From an uncultured Alphaproteobacteria bacterium (GTDB lineage Bacteria > Pseudomonadota > Alphaproteobacteria > Rhizobiales > Xanthobacteraceae), in NCBI GenBank assembly GCA_963764155.1, contig CAVXRI010000002.1:322351-386350 (forward strand): a stretch of 64,000 nt of DNA. Direction: 5' to 3'. How positions within the stretch are numbered: position 1 is the stretch's first letter; the number at the start of each line of letters is the position of its first letter. Both the position numbers and the translations under genes were made by a program. Under the pieces are notes generated by a model. That model searched no databases. It saw only the letters and a program-made list of their open reading frames with translations, and had not been told where the DNA came from. Shown here in pieces: positions 11,119-22,411 of the stretch.

Positions 11119-12189
11119 TCATTTGGAGCCAAGCCATCGGCGCGCCGCTGTCTCTGCCTTGGCGCGGTCCTCCGGGCTGAGGTCATTGAGTGCCTCGTCC
11201 AGCATCGGATCGCCTTTGCCTGCGGTTTTGGCGACAAGATGCCACTTCAGCCCCTCCACTTTGTCCATCGGCGTGCCCTGTCCTGACATCAGCAGGTGCG
11301 CGAGGCGGTTTTGCGCGATCGGACTGTTTTGCTTGGCGGCTTTGCGCAGCAGCGCTGCCGCGGCCGCCTCGTTTTTCGGCGTGCCGGTGCCGTTGTAAAG
11401 GGCGATCGCGTATTCAACTTCGGCGTCCACATTGTCGGCAAGCGATGCCGCTTGCAGCAGTCGCGCCGCCTTCTCGAGGTCCTTCGGTACGCCCGTGCCC
11501 TCCTTGTAAAAGGTAGCGAGCGCATATTGCGCTTCCGCATTGCCCGCATCCGCGGAGAGGCGAAGCAATTCGGCGGCTCGCCTCAGATCCTGCGGCAGTG
11601 TTTGTCCGTCCAGATAAAGCAGCGCAAGATTATACGCCGCCTTTGGCTCGCCGAGTTTGGCCGACGACGCCAGCAGCTTCACGGCTTCCTCGCGATTTGC
11701 CGGTGCACCACGGCCACCGAGCCGCAGCATCGCCAATGCGAACATGGCCTCGCGATCGCCGCTATCGGAGGCGCGTTTGTACCAGTCTATGCCTTTGGCA
11801 TAATCGCGCTTCACGCCCATCCCGTTGGCATAAAGCTCACCAAGCATGGTCATTGCTTTGGGGTCGCCGGCCTGCGCGCGTGGAGTCGCAAGATCGAATG
11901 CGGTCTTGTATTGTCCTCGCTGGTAGGCGCCATACACCAGATCGACATTGGGATTGTCGGAAGCCGCAGCCGGACTGACGGTCGTGGCTGGAGTTGGTGT
12001 GCGCGCCGAAGGTGGCTGCGCGGGTGAACCGGACTTTTTGGCGACCGCAGGCGGATTGGCCTTTGGCGTTGCCACCGGTTTGCTTGCAGGCGCCTCGATG
12101 GCGGGCGGCGTCTGCGAAACTTGCGCCACAACACCAGCCGTCGGTATCAGCACCGTTGCCAGGATCGACGCAGGATGCAGGATTTTCAT
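11119..12189 (-). CDS. Exported Sel1-like repeat protein
   Basis: Signal peptide, Pro/Ala linker, ~6 Sel1 repeats (e.g. AMTMLGELYANGMGVKRDY); C-terminal part of ORF 11119..12936. Confidence 0.85.
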   Translation of the reverse strand: MKILHPASILATVLIPTAGVVAQVSQTPPAIEAPASKPVATPKANPPAVAKKSGSPAQPPSARTPTPATTVSPAAASDNPNVDLVYGAYQRGQYKTAFDLATPRAQAGDPKAMTMLGELYANGMGVKRDYAKGIDWYKRASDSGDREAMFALAMLRLGGRGAPANREEAVKLLASSAKLGEPKAAYNLALLYLDGQTLPQDLRRAAELLRLSADAGNAEAQYALATFYKEGTGVPKDLEKAARLLQAASLADNVDAEVEYAIALYNGTGTPKNEAAAAALLRKAAKQNSPIAQNRLAHLLMSGQGTPMDKVEGLKWHLVAKTAGKGDPMLDEALNDLSPEDRAKAETAARRWLGSK

Positions 12190-12197
12190 GCCCCGCG

Positions 12198-12879
12198 TCA
12201 TCCCTGGGTAACCTTGGCCGTTTCTCTCGTCGCCGCGTAGGCCTGCTTGATCGCCTGGCCGGCCTCGGCAAGCGCAGCCGCTGCGCCGCGCGGATCGGTC
12301 CAGATGTAATCGCCGAGCAGTACGAAGTCCGCGCCCGCCGCTGCAAACGCGTAGGCTTCGTCGCTCGAAGCCGCAAAGCCGACGCAGGGCGGCTCGAATA
12401 GTTCGGCCCACCATTGCAGGCGTTCGACGATCGCGTCGGCCGAAGGCCGCTCTCCGAGTGCATCGGGCTCGCCAAACAGCACGTAGTCCGCGCCTGCTTC
12501 GCCCGCCGTCATCGAATTCGTGCCGTGTTGCCAGCCCCCCCACACCCGCGATGCGGTCGGGCTTGAGTGTGGGCAAGGCATCTTCCATGGCTTTGAGCCC
12601 GGTGAGATGCGCGCCGTCGGCGCTGGTACGGCCGACAAGTTCGACGTGTCCATCAAGCAGGAGCGCCGCGCCCGCGTTCTGGATCGCAGGCGCGAGAGCC
12701 TTGACGCACGAGATCATCCCGCGCTGATCCGCCAGCCTGAGCCGGACCAAAATGGCCGCGACGTCGGCGGCGGCAAGCAAACCTGGAAGGCGTGCCATCA
12801 ATGCGGAGGGATCATCCACACTGGGAGTTGCTAGATAGAGCCGTGGCGCGGGGCGCGGCGGAACGGTTTTGGCAGCCAA
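12198..12879 (-). CDS. Thiamine-phosphate synthase-like (ThiE/TenI fold) protein; apparent +1 frameshift at ~12516
   Basis: RLYLAT...ADGAHL in one frame and AGEAGADYVLFG...AGADFVLLGD in the next; TTG start beside the fba stop. Confidence 0.75.
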
Positions 12880-12880
12880 T

Positions 12881-13922
12881 CTATGCCGCCTTTTTTTCCA
12901 GATCGGGTTTCCACTCGCCTCTGCTGGCGAGTGCATTCATTTGCGCCCGATGGGTGAATGCGCGCTGACCCGCTGCGACGTTCTCAGCCTTGCCCGACCA
13001 GGCTTTCTGCGGCGCTGCTTGAAGCGCGCGGCCATAGGAGAATGTTAGTCGCCATGGCAAGCCGCCGATCCGGTTCATCGCGTCAAGATGCGCGGTCGCC
13101 TCCTCGTCGGATTGTCCGCCGGACAGAAAGGCGATGCCGGGCACCGCTGCGGGAACGCAAGCCTTCAACAAACGGACGGTTTTCTCGGCGACCTCTTCGA
13201 CGGGCGCTTGCTTCGAGCTCTTCTTGCCCGCGATCACCATGTTCGGCTTCAGGATCATGCCTTCCAGCGCGACGCGCTGCACCCGCAGCTCCTGGAAGGT
13301 CTTGTTCAGAACACGCTGCGTCACGTCACCGCAGCGATCGATGTCGTGATTGCCATCCATCAGCACTTCCGGTTCGACGATCGGGACGATCTGCGCAGCC
13401 TGGCACAATGCCGCGTAGCGCGCGAGCGCGTGGGCGTTGACATGGATCGCGGTCATGCTCGGCATGCCTCGGCCTTCCGCGCCGCCGCTGATGTCGATCA
13501 CCGCGCGCCACTTCGCGAACCGTGCGCCGCGCTCGTAATATTTCTTCAGTCGCTCCGCGAGCTTGTCGAGTCCGACCGTCACCAATTCACCGGGGCACAT
13601 CGGCAACGGCTGCGTTCCCTCATCAACCTTGATACCGGGGATCGCGCCCGATTGCTCGATCAGCTTGACAAGGGGCGTACCGTCTTTGGCGTTTTGCCAA
13701 ATGGTTTCGTCGTAGAGGATGACCCCGGATACATACTGGCGCATCGCCTCGGACGAACGGAACAGCATCTCCCGGTAGTCGCGGCGCGATTCCTCCGTCG
13801 ATTTCGACTTTGATGACGTCGAAGCGCTTCTTAATCGTGCCGGAGGATTCGTCAGCGGCAAGGATGCCCTTGCCGGGCGTGACCAAGGCGAGCGCAACCT
13901 TGTTGAGTTCAGCGAGGTTCAT
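12881..13922 (-). CDS. Class I fructose-bisphosphate aldolase; apparent +1 frameshift at ~13803
   Basis: GKGILAADES, GIKVD, IVPIVEPEVL, LKPNMV, FLSGGQ and TFSYGRALQ motifs across two ORFs. Confidence 0.92.
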
Positions 13923-14026
13923 CGGGGCCTCCTCCAAAGCAGGTGCTTTGGCAACCAAAATAGACGGTTCTCGGGCAGGCCGTGAAGACCTTTGTTCAAG
14001 GAAGCGCCGTCTAGGAATTGGGCGCG

Positions 14027-15095
14027 CTATGCGACCTTTGGATCAAGCTCGCCCTTGGCGTAGCGTTTTGCCATTTCGGCTGTCGTCAGCACCTTCTTGA
14101 TCTTGCTGGCCTGGCCCGCAGTGTTGAATTCCTCGAAATCTCTGCTTGCACAGCCTGGTCATCGCCTCCATTGCGGGCTTGAGGTATTTGCGAGGATCGA
14201 ATTCCTCCGGGTGTTCCTTCAGCACCTTGCGGATCTGTCCAGTCATGGCCATGCGATTGTCGGTGTCGATGTTGATCTTGCGGACGCCGTTCTTGATGCC
14301 GCGCTGAATCTCCGCCACGGGCACGCCCCAGGTCGGCTTCATCTTGCCGCCATTGGCGTTGATGATGTCCTGCAGGTCCTGCGGTACCGAGGACGAACCA
14401 TGCATCACCAGATGCGTGTTCGGCAGCTTGCGGTGGATTTCCTCGATCACCTTCATCGCGAGAATATCGCCGTCCGGCTTGCGGGTGAACTTGTAAGCAC
14501 CGTGCGAAGTGCCCATCGCGATCGCCAGCGCATCGACCCTGGTCTCCTTCACGAATTTCACCGCTTCATCAGGATTGGTGAGCAACTGGTCGTGTGAGAG
14601 TTTTCCTTCCGCGCCGTGGCCGTCTTCCTTGTCGCCCATGCCGGTCTCGAGCGAGCCGAGAACTCCAAGCTCGCCTTCTACCGAGATGCCGCCGAGATGG
14701 GCCATGTCTGTAACGGTTTTGGTGACGCTGACGTTGTATCTCCAGTCCCCGGGAGTTTTTCCGTCGGCCTTGAGCGAACCGTCCATCATGACGGACGTGA
14801 AGCCGGCCTGGATCGCGGTCATGCAGGTGGCGGGTTCGTTGCCATGATCGAGATGCACGCAGACGGGGATCTGCGGATAAATCTCGGTGACCGCGTCCAT
14901 CATGTGCCGGAGCATCACGTCGTTGGCGTAGGACCGCGCGCCGCGCGAGGCCTGGATGATGACGGGCGCATCGACGGTGGAGGCAGCGTCCATAATGGCG
15001 AGCGCCTGCTCCATATTGTTGATGTTGAAAGCCGGCACGCCGTAATCGTGTTCCGCCGCGTGGTCGAGCAATTGACGCAACGTTATCCGAGCCAT
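14027..15095 (-). CDS. fba: Class II fructose-bisphosphate aldolase; apparent +1 frameshift at ~14137 near the C-terminus
   Basis: [37 protein letters not shown]; the corrected tail reads [15 protein letters not shown]...ELDPKVA*. Confidence 0.92.
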
Positions 15096-15141
15096 TTATC
15101 CTAGTCTCCGTGCTGGGGTCGGCCGTCCACTTTGGCCTGAA

Positions 15142-16338
15142 TCAAGCTATCTTCAAAACCTCGACGCCCGGCAAGGGTTTCCCTTCCATCCATTCCAGGA
15201 ACGCCCCGCCTGCGGTGGAAACATAGGTGAAATCGCCTGCCACGCCGGCCTGGTTGAGAGCCGCGACCGTGTCTCCGCCGCCAGCGACCGACACCAGTTT
15301 CCCTGTTTTTGTACGCTCGGCCGCGTATCTGGCGGCCAGCACCGTGCCGCGATCGAACGGCGTCAGTTCAAACGCGCCAAGCGGTCCGTTCCAGACCAGC
15401 GTCGCCGCGTCGTCGATCGCCGAATGAATGCGCGAGATCGATTGCGGGCCGACATCGAGGATCATGCCGTCCGAAGGAATAGCGTCGAGGCCATAGGCGT
15501 GGGACGGCGCATTGGCCGCGAACTGGAAGGCAACGACGGCGTCGACCGGGAGGATGATCGCGCAGTTCGAAGCGTTTGCCTTGGCGAGGATCCGTCGCGC
15601 GGTGGCGGCGAGATCCTTTTCGGCCAGCGACTTGCCGATGCCGACGCCCTGCGCGTGGAGGAAAGTGTTGGCCATACCGCCGCCGATCACCAGCGCATCG
15701 ACCTTCGTAACCAGGTTCTCCAGCAGTTCGATCTTGGTGGAGACCTTGGCTCCGCCAACGATGGCGATCACGGGTTTGGCCGGTGCGTCCAGCGCCTTGC
15801 CGAGTGCGTCGAGTTCGGCCTGCATGGTGCGTCCGGCATAGGCCGGCAGCTTATGGCCTAGCCCCTCCGTCGAGGCATGCGCGCGGTGCGCGGCCGAGAA
15901 TGCGTCATTGACCCAGATATCGCCGAGCTTTGCGAGTTCTGCGGCGAAAGCCGGATCGTTCTTTTCTTCCTCTTTGTGGAAACGGGTATTTTCCAGACAA
16001 AGGATGTCGCCATCCTTCATTGCCATGACGGCCCTTGCGGCAACCTCACCGACGCAATCATCTGCAAAGGCCACTGGCTTGCCGATTACAACGGCGAGTG
16101 CGTCGGCAACCGGCTTCAGCAACTCCTTTGGGTCGCGACCCCTTGGTCGGCCGAAATGCGCCAGCAAAATGACCTTGCCGCCTTTGCCGGAAATCTCGGT
16201 GATGGTTGGGGCAACGCGTTCGAGCCTTGTCGCATCGCTGACGCGGCCATTCTCCATGGGCACGTTGAGGTCGACGCGCAGCAGCACGCGCTTGCCATGG
16301 ACGTCGACATCATCGAGGGTGCGGAATGATTTTGTCAT
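15142..16338 (-). CDS. pgk: Phosphoglycerate kinase
   Basis: [34 protein letters not shown]. Confidence 0.97.
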   Translation of the reverse strand: MTKSFRTLDDVDVHGKRVLLRVDLNVPMENGRVSDATRLERVAPTITEISGKGGKVILLAHFGRPRGRDPKELLKPVADALAVVIGKPVAFADDCVGEVAARAVMAMKDGDILCLENTRFHKEEEKNDPAFAAELAKLGDIWVNDAFSAAHRAHASTEGLGHKLPAYAGRTMQAELDALGKALDAPAKPVIAIVGGAKVSTKIELLENLVTKVDALVIGGGMANTFLHAQGVGIGKSLAEKDLAATARRILAKANASNCAIILPVDAVVAFQFAANAPSHAYGLDAIPSDGMILDVGPQSISRIHSAIDDAATLVWNGPLGAFELTPFDRGTVLAARYAAERTKTGKLVSVAGGGDTVAALNQAGVAGDFTYVSTAGGAFLEWMEGKPLPGVEVLKIA

Positions 16339-16349
16339 AGGCAGTCTTT

Positions 16350-16392
16350 CGTCCCGGGCGCATCGCGAAGCGAGGCTGCAGGAGCGGGGCCC
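16350..16392. repeat. Degenerate arm of a Bradyrhizobium-type REP/RIME-like intergenic repeat
   Basis: The reverse strand reads GGGCCCCGCTCCTGCAGC...CGCTTCGCGATGCGCCCGGGAC, resembling a common bradyrhizobial palindromic repeat (recall only). Confidence 0.3.
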
Positions 16393-16461
16393 GCGCTTGC
16401 GTGGATCATCCCGGGAGTGCCGAACGGCGTAAAGGCACGATGCACCGCCGGGACGTTAAAC

Positions 16462-17469
16462 CTACAGGATCTTGCCCATCGCGACGGCCGTGTCCGCCAT
16501 ACGGTTGGAGAAACCCCATTCGTTGTCGTACCAGGCCAGCACCCGCACCAGCGTGCCGTTCTGCACTTTGGTCTGGTCCATGTGGAACGTGGCTGAATGC
16601 GGATCGTGGTTGAAATCGATCGAGACATTCGGCGAGGTGGTGAAGCCGAGGATGCCCTTGAGCTGCTGCTCGCTCGCGCGCTTCATCGCCTCGTTGATTT
16701 CCTTTACGTCGGTTTTGCGCTGAGCAACGATCTTGAGGTCGATCACCGAGACGTTGGGCGTCGGCACGCGGATCGAAACGCCGTCGAGCTTGCCCTTCAA
16801 CTCGGGCAGCACCAGACCGATTGCCTTTGCAGCACCGGTCGAGGTCGGGATCATCGACATTGCCGCAGCGCGTCCGCGATAAAGATCCTTGTGCAGCGTA
16901 TCGAGCGTCGGCTGGTCGCCGGTGTAGGCGTGGATGGTAGTCATGAAGCCGGTTTCGATGCCGACCGTTTCGTGCAGCACCTTTGCTACCGGCGCGAGGC
17001 AGTTGGTGGTGCAGGAGCCGTTAGAAACTACTGTTTCATTCTTGGTCAGCGTGTCGTGGTTGACGCCATACACGATCGTTGCATCGGCGCCATCGGCGGG
17101 CGCGGAGATCAGCACGCGCTTGGCGCCTGACGTGAGATGTGCGGAAGCCTTGTCTTTCGACGTGAAGATGCCGGTGCATTCCAGCGCGATATCGACGCCG
17201 AGTTGCTTCCACGGTAGCTTCGTGGGATCGCGCTCGGCGGATACCTTGATCTTGCCATTGCCGAGGCTGATGGAGTCGCCTTCGACCGTCACCGTCCCCG
17301 GGAAACGGCCATGTACGGAATCAAACCGCAGCAGATGCGCGTTCGTCTCGACCGGGCCGAGATCGTTGATGCCGACGACCTCGATATCGCTGCGGCCGGA
17401 TTCCGCAATGGCCCGCAGGATGTTGCGGCCGATACGGCCAAATCCGTTGATTGCGACGCGGACTGCCAT
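16462..17469 (-). CDS. gap: Glyceraldehyde-3-phosphate dehydrogenase, type I
   Basis: [27 protein letters not shown]. Confidence 0.97.
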   Translation of the reverse strand: MAVRVAINGFGRIGRNILRAIAESGRSDIEVVGINDLGPVETNAHLLRFDSVHGRFPGTVTVEGDSISLGNGKIKVSAERDPTKLPWKQLGVDIALECTGIFTSKDKASAHLTSGAKRVLISAPADGADATIVYGVNHDTLTKNETVVSNGSCTTNCLAPVAKVLHETVGIETGFMTTIHAYTGDQPTLDTLHKDLYRGRAAAMSMIPTSTGAAKAIGLVLPELKGKLDGVSIRVPTPNVSVIDLKIVAQRKTDVKEINEAMKRASEQQLKGILGFTTSPNVSIDFNHDPHSATFHMDQTKVQNGTLVRVLAWYDNEWGFSNRMADTAVAMGKIL

Positions 17470-17681
17470 TTATCGTCTCCCTTAATGACCTTCGTCCTCC
17501 CCGCAACGGACATTCTTGTCCTGCACGAGGGTTTTACGGCGGGCGCCCGGTTCGGCCGGGCGGGTCGTTGTTCATATGGCCGGTTAGGTAATCCTTTTTC
17601 CGGGTAAGCTCAACCGCTGCCGGGTGCCGCCTATACAAGTTCCTGCAGCGGTTGCGGCCGGGTTTTCCCGGAAACGCGTTG

Positions 17682-19666
17682 CTACAGGCGCTTCAAGGCG
17701 GCGTTGACCGCTGCGTCGGCGGTAATTCCGAAGTGCTTGTAGAGGTCCTTTGCCGGTGCGCTGGCACCGAAACCATGCATTCCAATGAACTCGCCGTCTT
17801 TGCCGATAACCGCGTCCCAGCCCCAACGCACCGCCGCCTCGATCGCCACCTTGACGGGAGCATTGCCGATGATCGCCCGCTGCCGCTCGGCCGGTTGGGC
17901 CAGCAGCAATTCGAGCGAGGGCACCGAAACAACCCGTGAAGCGACGCCGCGTTCGGCGAGCTGCTTCTGGGCGTCGACGGCGATCTGAACCTCGGAGCCC
18001 GATGCGAACAGGGAGACCTTTGCCTCGCCCTGCGCGGGCACCAGTTCATACGCGCCATGCTGGCACGGGCTGTCGGCGGGCGCGTTGGTACGCAATTGCG
18101 GGAGATTTTGCCGGCTGAGCGCCAGCACCGTCGGACCGTCGATGCGATTGAGTGCGAGCTCCCAGCACTCCGCCACCTCCACCGCGTCGCAGGGGCGGAA
18201 TACGCGCATGTTGGGAATGGCCCGCAACGCCGACAGATGCTCGACCGGCTGGTGAGTCGGCCCGTCTTCGCCAAGACCGATGGAATCGTGGGTCATGACA
18301 TAGACCACGCCAGTGCCCATCAGCGCCGCGAGCCGCATGGCCGGGCGGGCATAGTCGGTGAAAACCAGAAACGTCGCACCATTTGGCGCGAACCCGCCAT
18401 GCAGGAAGATGCCGTTCATGGCCGCCGCCATGCCGTGCTCGCGGATTCCGTAATGGATGAACCGGCCTTTCGGCGTCTTGGCCGAGAAACTGACGGCCGA
18501 CTTGGCCTTGTTGTTGTTGGAGCCGGTCAGATCGGCGGAGCCCGCGACAAACTCAAAAGGCATTGCCGCCGCGATCACCTCGATTGCGGCTTCCGACGAT
18601 TTTCGGCTGGCGACGTTGAGCGGGTTTTCAAGCAGCGACTTCTTGTAGGCCCTGAATGATTTGGCGAGCGAAGCCGGGCGCTCATGGCGCAACCGGCGCT
18701 CGAATTCAGCGCGCTTGCGGTTGCCCAGCTCTGCGAACCGCGCCTCCCAGTCCTTGCGTGCGGCAGCGCCGCGGGAGCCGACTTCACGCCAGCTTTTCAG
18801 AACATCATCCGGCACCGAGAACGGCTCAAGCGAAATCCCGAGCTTTTCCTTGGCGCCCTTCGAGTTCGTCGGCTCCCAACGCCTCGCCATGTGCCTTGGC
18901 GGTGCCGGCCTTGGTCGGGGCGCCATAGCCGATCGTGGTACGGCAGGAGATCATGGTGGGCTTGTTCGATTTCTTGGCGCGCGTGATCGCGGCGGCGACA
19001 GCCGCGGGATCTTCTCCATCGATCAACTCGGCCTGCCAGCCAGCCGATTTGAAGCGCTTCACCTGGTCGACGGAGTCGGCGAGAGCGAGTCGGGCCGTCG
19101 ATCGAAATGCCATTGTTGTCGTACAGCACGATCAGCTTGTTAAGCTTCCAATGCCCGGCCATCGCGATCGCTTCCTGCGATACGCCTTCCATGAGGTCGC
19201 CGTCGGAGGCGAGCACATAGGTGTGGTGATCGACGATCTTCTTGCCGAACTCGGCCGCCAGCATTTTCTCCGCCAGCGCCATTCCGACCGACGTCGCCAG
19301 ACCCTGGCCGAGAGGGCCGGTCGTGGTCTCGATGCCCTTGGTGTGGAAGTTCTCGGGATGGCCCGGCGTCAGCGATCCCAACTGGCGAAAATGCTTGATC
19401 TGGTCGAGCGTCATCTCCGGAGAGCCGGTCAGATAAAGCAACGCGTAGAGCAGCATCGAGCCGTGTCCGGCAGACAACACGAAACGGTCACGATCCGGCC
19501 AGTTGGGTTCGGCGGCGTCGAATTTTAGGAATTGCGTGAACAGGACGGTCGCCATGTAGGCAGCGCCCATCGGCAAGCCCGGATGCCCGGATTTAGCCTT
19601 CTCGACGGCATCCATCGCCAGCCCCCGGATTGCATTGGCCATGCGGGAATGATCGAGCTGCGTCAT
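17682..19666 (-). CDS. tkt: Transketolase; two apparent frameshifts (~19090 and ~18860)
   Basis: [38 protein letters not shown] and [16 protein letters not shown] spread over three overlapping ORFs. Confidence 0.93.
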
Positions 19667-19975
19667 GATTGAAATCCGTCTGAAATGAGATGCTTGTAGC
19701 GATCCACCGGTGGCGAACGGCGCAAAGTGGCTGGTGGGACGAAGTGTCTGGTCGGACGAAGTGCCTTGGGGCAACAGGCGGCTGGATAGCACCTCGGTTC
19801 CCGGAGTCCAAGGCAGTGAAACGCGGACTGGGCGGCAAAAGTTGCTTTGTGGTGCATAGCTACGAAGCGGCGTTGCGCTCGCCTCGCTTGCCACGTAAAT
19901 TTCGCTGTCTAAAGTCTTGCCGAACCGGAAGATTTCTTCGGCTGTCTGGGTTACGCAAGGTGCGCGGTTAGCTAC

Positions 19976-20305
19976 ATGAGCGATCGTCCTGCCAATAGTT
20001 CCGGTCATTCAGAGCCAGCATCCGCTGATCTCGACGCCGCGACCCGGCGGCTGATGACGGCGTTGGATGCCTTGGAAAGTGCGGCCGAGCGGCGACGTGA
20101 GGCGGACCGCGACGAGAACGAACTGGCGAGCCGGATCCAGGCATTGGGAGCGGATCGATCGCGGCTTGCGGACGAGCTCGACGGATCGCTGGTGAAATCA
20201 CGACGGCTGGAACGCACCAATCGCGAGATCGCCGATCAACTCGATGCGGCAATCGGCACGATCCGCGCGGTGCTCGAAGTTGGAGAGGATCCGGAAGGAC
20301 CATGA
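19976..20305 (+). CDS. DUF4164 family coiled-coil protein (ZapA partner)
   Basis: Coiled coil [10 protein letters not shown]...LERTNREIA; its stop overlaps the zapA start (ATGA). Confidence 0.8.
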   Translation: MSDRPANSSGHSEPASADLDAATRRLMTALDALESAAERRREADRDENELASRIQALGADRSRLADELDGSLVKSRRLERTNREIADQLDAAIGTIRAVLEVGEDPEGP

Positions 20306-20685
20306 GTCACATCAACGTCACTATCAACGGCCGGCAATACCGGATGGCCTGCGAAGCGGGGCAGGAGGTGCGGCTGCTGAAGCTGGCGGAGAGTCTGGAA
20401 TCCAGGGTCGAAACGCTGCGCGGCAAGTTCGGCGAGATCGGCGACGCCCGGCTCACCGTGATGGCCGCTTTGACGGCATGCGACGAGTTGCTCGACGCCA
20501 ACCAGCGCATCCGGGGCCTCGAAGAAGAACTCGACGCACTCCGCAACGCCCGTGCCGCGGCGGTGGATCGCGTCCGGCTGACGCAGACGGCGGTTGCCAA
20601 TGCGCTTAATTCAGCTGCCGATCGGATCGAAAGGACCACGCAGGTGCTGAACCGGACCATTGGCGGCGGGGTAGCTATCGGTTGA
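20302..20685 (+). CDS. zapA: Cell division protein ZapA
   Basis: VTINGRQYRMACEAGQE...RLTVMAAL..DEL; sits upstream of 6S RNA. Confidence 0.9.
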   Translation: MSHINVTINGRQYRMACEAGQEVRLLKLAESLESRVETLRGKFGEIGDARLTVMAALTACDELLDANQRIRGLEEELDALRNARAAAVDRVRLTQTAVANALNSAADRIERTTQVLNRTIGGGVAIG

Positions 20686-20748
20686 CCATGGTTGACCATT
20701 CCCGGGTTAAGGCTGGCGGTTTGACCGTCCGGTGGTTACATTGGCTTA

Positions 20749-20910
20749 GCGAAGCTGCGTCGCGCGTCAGGAGCCACATATCCCCGGGGCCTTATCGATC
20801 CTTTAGGGAACTGTCCCTGGCCGGGTCCGTGGATCCGGACATATGGTGCCCACCTACTTTCGTAGGGAACTCCGGGATCGAGCGCTCCAACGGCGTTCGC
20901 GGCTTCGCAC
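20749..20910 (+). ncRNA. ssrS: 6S RNA
   Basis: Ends pair (GCGAAGCTGCG / CGCGGCTTCGC); internal TCCCCGGGGCCTT..GATCC..AGGGAACTGTCCCTGG and GGTGCCCACCT motifs; conserved zapA-ssrS-5-FTHF cycloligase order. Confidence 0.9.
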
Positions 20911-20930
20911 TTGATTCCGCACTGCTGGTT

Positions 20931-20955
20931 TGGCCGGAACAAGCCCGGGCACAAC
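20931..20955. repeat. Degenerate single arm of a REP-like repeat
   Basis: TGGCCGGAACAAGCCCGGGCACAAC resembles the rhizobial GGCCGGGACAAGCCCGGCCATGAC repeat arm (recall only). Confidence 0.3.
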
Positions 20956-20963
20956 GGTGATGG

Positions 20964-21551
20964 ATGCCGAACCAAGCTGTTTCTCCTGATAAGGCCAGTT
21001 TGCGCGCCTCGGCTCTGGCAGCGCGTGACGCATTGAACGAGGAGCATCGTACGGCTGCGGCGCAGGCAATCGCAGTCCGCGGGCTGCCGTTCGATCTCGA
21101 CCAGAAGACCGTTGTTGCCGGCTACTCGCCAATCCGAAGCGAGATTGATCCGACCCCGCTGATGCGAGAGCTCGCAGGCCGGGGCGCGAGGCTGGCGCTC
21201 CCTGTCATCACAGTGCGCGATGTGCCGCTGCAATTCCGCGGCTGGAGCATTCACGACAAACTGCGTCGCGGTCCGCTCGGCATCGCCGAGCCGTTACCGG
21301 AGGCGGAGGAGCTTGTTCCGGACGTTTTGCTTGTCCCGCTGGCGGCGTTCGATCGCGCGGGCCACCGGATCGGCTACGGCGCGGGGCATTACGACCGGAC
21401 GCTGGAACGATTGCGCGCGATGAAAGCGATCAGGGCGATCGGTCTGGCTTTTGCAGCACAGGAAATTGCGGCGGTGCCTGCACTCTCTCACGACGTGGTG
21501 CTGGATTATGTGCTAACGGAAGCCCGGTCGTTCGATTTCCGGAGTGAGTGA
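20964..21551 (+). CDS. 5-formyltetrahydrofolate cyclo-ligase
   Basis: LVPLAAFDRAGHRIGYGAGHYDR and HDVVLD motifs. Confidence 0.92.
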   Translation: MPNQAVSPDKASLRASALAARDALNEEHRTAAAQAIAVRGLPFDLDQKTVVAGYSPIRSEIDPTPLMRELAGRGARLALPVITVRDVPLQFRGWSIHDKLRRGPLGIAEPLPEAEELVPDVLLVPLAAFDRAGHRIGYGAGHYDRTLERLRAMKAIRAIGLAFAAQEIAAVPALSHDVVLDYVLTEARSFDFRSE

Positions 21552-22372
21552 AGTTGCGGATTCTTTTCGTCGGTGACGTCGTTGGCAGGGCAGGGCGCAC
21601 CGCCGTCTCGGATCATCTGCCTGGAATGATACGCGGCTGGAAGCTCGACTTTGTCGTCGTCAATGGCGAGAACTCGGCCGGCGGTTTCGGGATCACCGAG
21701 GCGATCTATCAGGAATTGCTGGACGCTGGTGCCGACGCGATCACGCTCGGCAATCACGCTTGGGATCAGCGCGAGGCGCTGGTCTTCATCGAGCGCGCCC
21801 CCAAGCTGATCCGTCCCGCCAATTTCCCGAGGGGCACGCCTGGTCGCGGCGCCGCGCTGGTGGATACCAAGAATGGCAAGCGCGCGCTTGTGATAAACGC
21901 GCTTGGCCGCGTTTTCATGACGCCGCTTGACGATCCCTTTGCGGTGATCAATCGCGAACTCGAAACCTGTCCGCTGCGATCCGCCGCGGACGCGATCGTA
22001 ATCGACTTTCACTGTGAGGCGACCAGCGAAAAACAAGGCATTGGCTTTTTCTGCGATGGCCGCGCCAGTCTCGTGGTCGGGACCCATACCCATGTGCCGA
22101 CAGCCGACCATCAGATACTCTCCGGTGGTACCGCCTACATGACAGACGCCGGAATGACCGGCGATTACAATTCGATCATTGGAATGCAAAAGGAAGAGCC
22201 GCTTAGGCGTTTCACATCGCATATTCCTTCAAACCGTTTCGAACCGGCCAATGGTGTCGCGACGTTGAGCGGCGTCGCGGTCGAGACCGATGATGCGACC
22301 GGGCTGGCGCTGCGGATCGCGCCAGTGCGCGCCGGCGGACGGCTGGAGCCGGCCCGGCCGACATTCTGGTGA
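21548..22372 (+). CDS. ymdB: YmdB-family metallophosphoesterase
   Basis: GDVVG, NGENSAGG, TLGNH, DFHCEATSEK, GTHTHVPT. Confidence 0.92.
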   Translation: MKLRILFVGDVVGRAGRTAVSDHLPGMIRGWKLDFVVVNGENSAGGFGITEAIYQELLDAGADAITLGNHAWDQREALVFIERAPKLIRPANFPRGTPGRGAALVDTKNGKRALVINALGRVFMTPLDDPFAVINRELETCPLRSAADAIVIDFHCEATSEKQGIGFFCDGRASLVVGTHTHVPTADHQILSGGTAYMTDAGMTGDYNSIIGMQKEEPLRRFTSHIPSNRFEPANGVATLSGVAVETDDATGLALRIAPVRAGGRLEPARPTFW

Positions 22373-22411
22373 TCTCGTAACGACAAGCGTGATCGCGCGG
22401 CGCACGATCCC

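Noticed and set aside
11119-12936. Apparent 605-aa ThiE-Sel1 fusion in the ORF track
   Set aside because: Created by the +1 error at ~12516. Correcting it gives two separate genes, the second with its own signal peptide.
12198-19666. Pseudogenisation or programmed frameshifting of central carbon genes (thiE-like, both fba, tkt; also pyk)
   Set aside because: Each break is a single-base indel with fully conserved sequence on both sides, there are no slippery heptamers, and several lie on GANTC. Sequencing error is far more likely.
20680-20699. GGTTGACCAT tandem duplication at the zapA stop
   Set aside because: A 10-bp unit in two copies, too short to assign a function.
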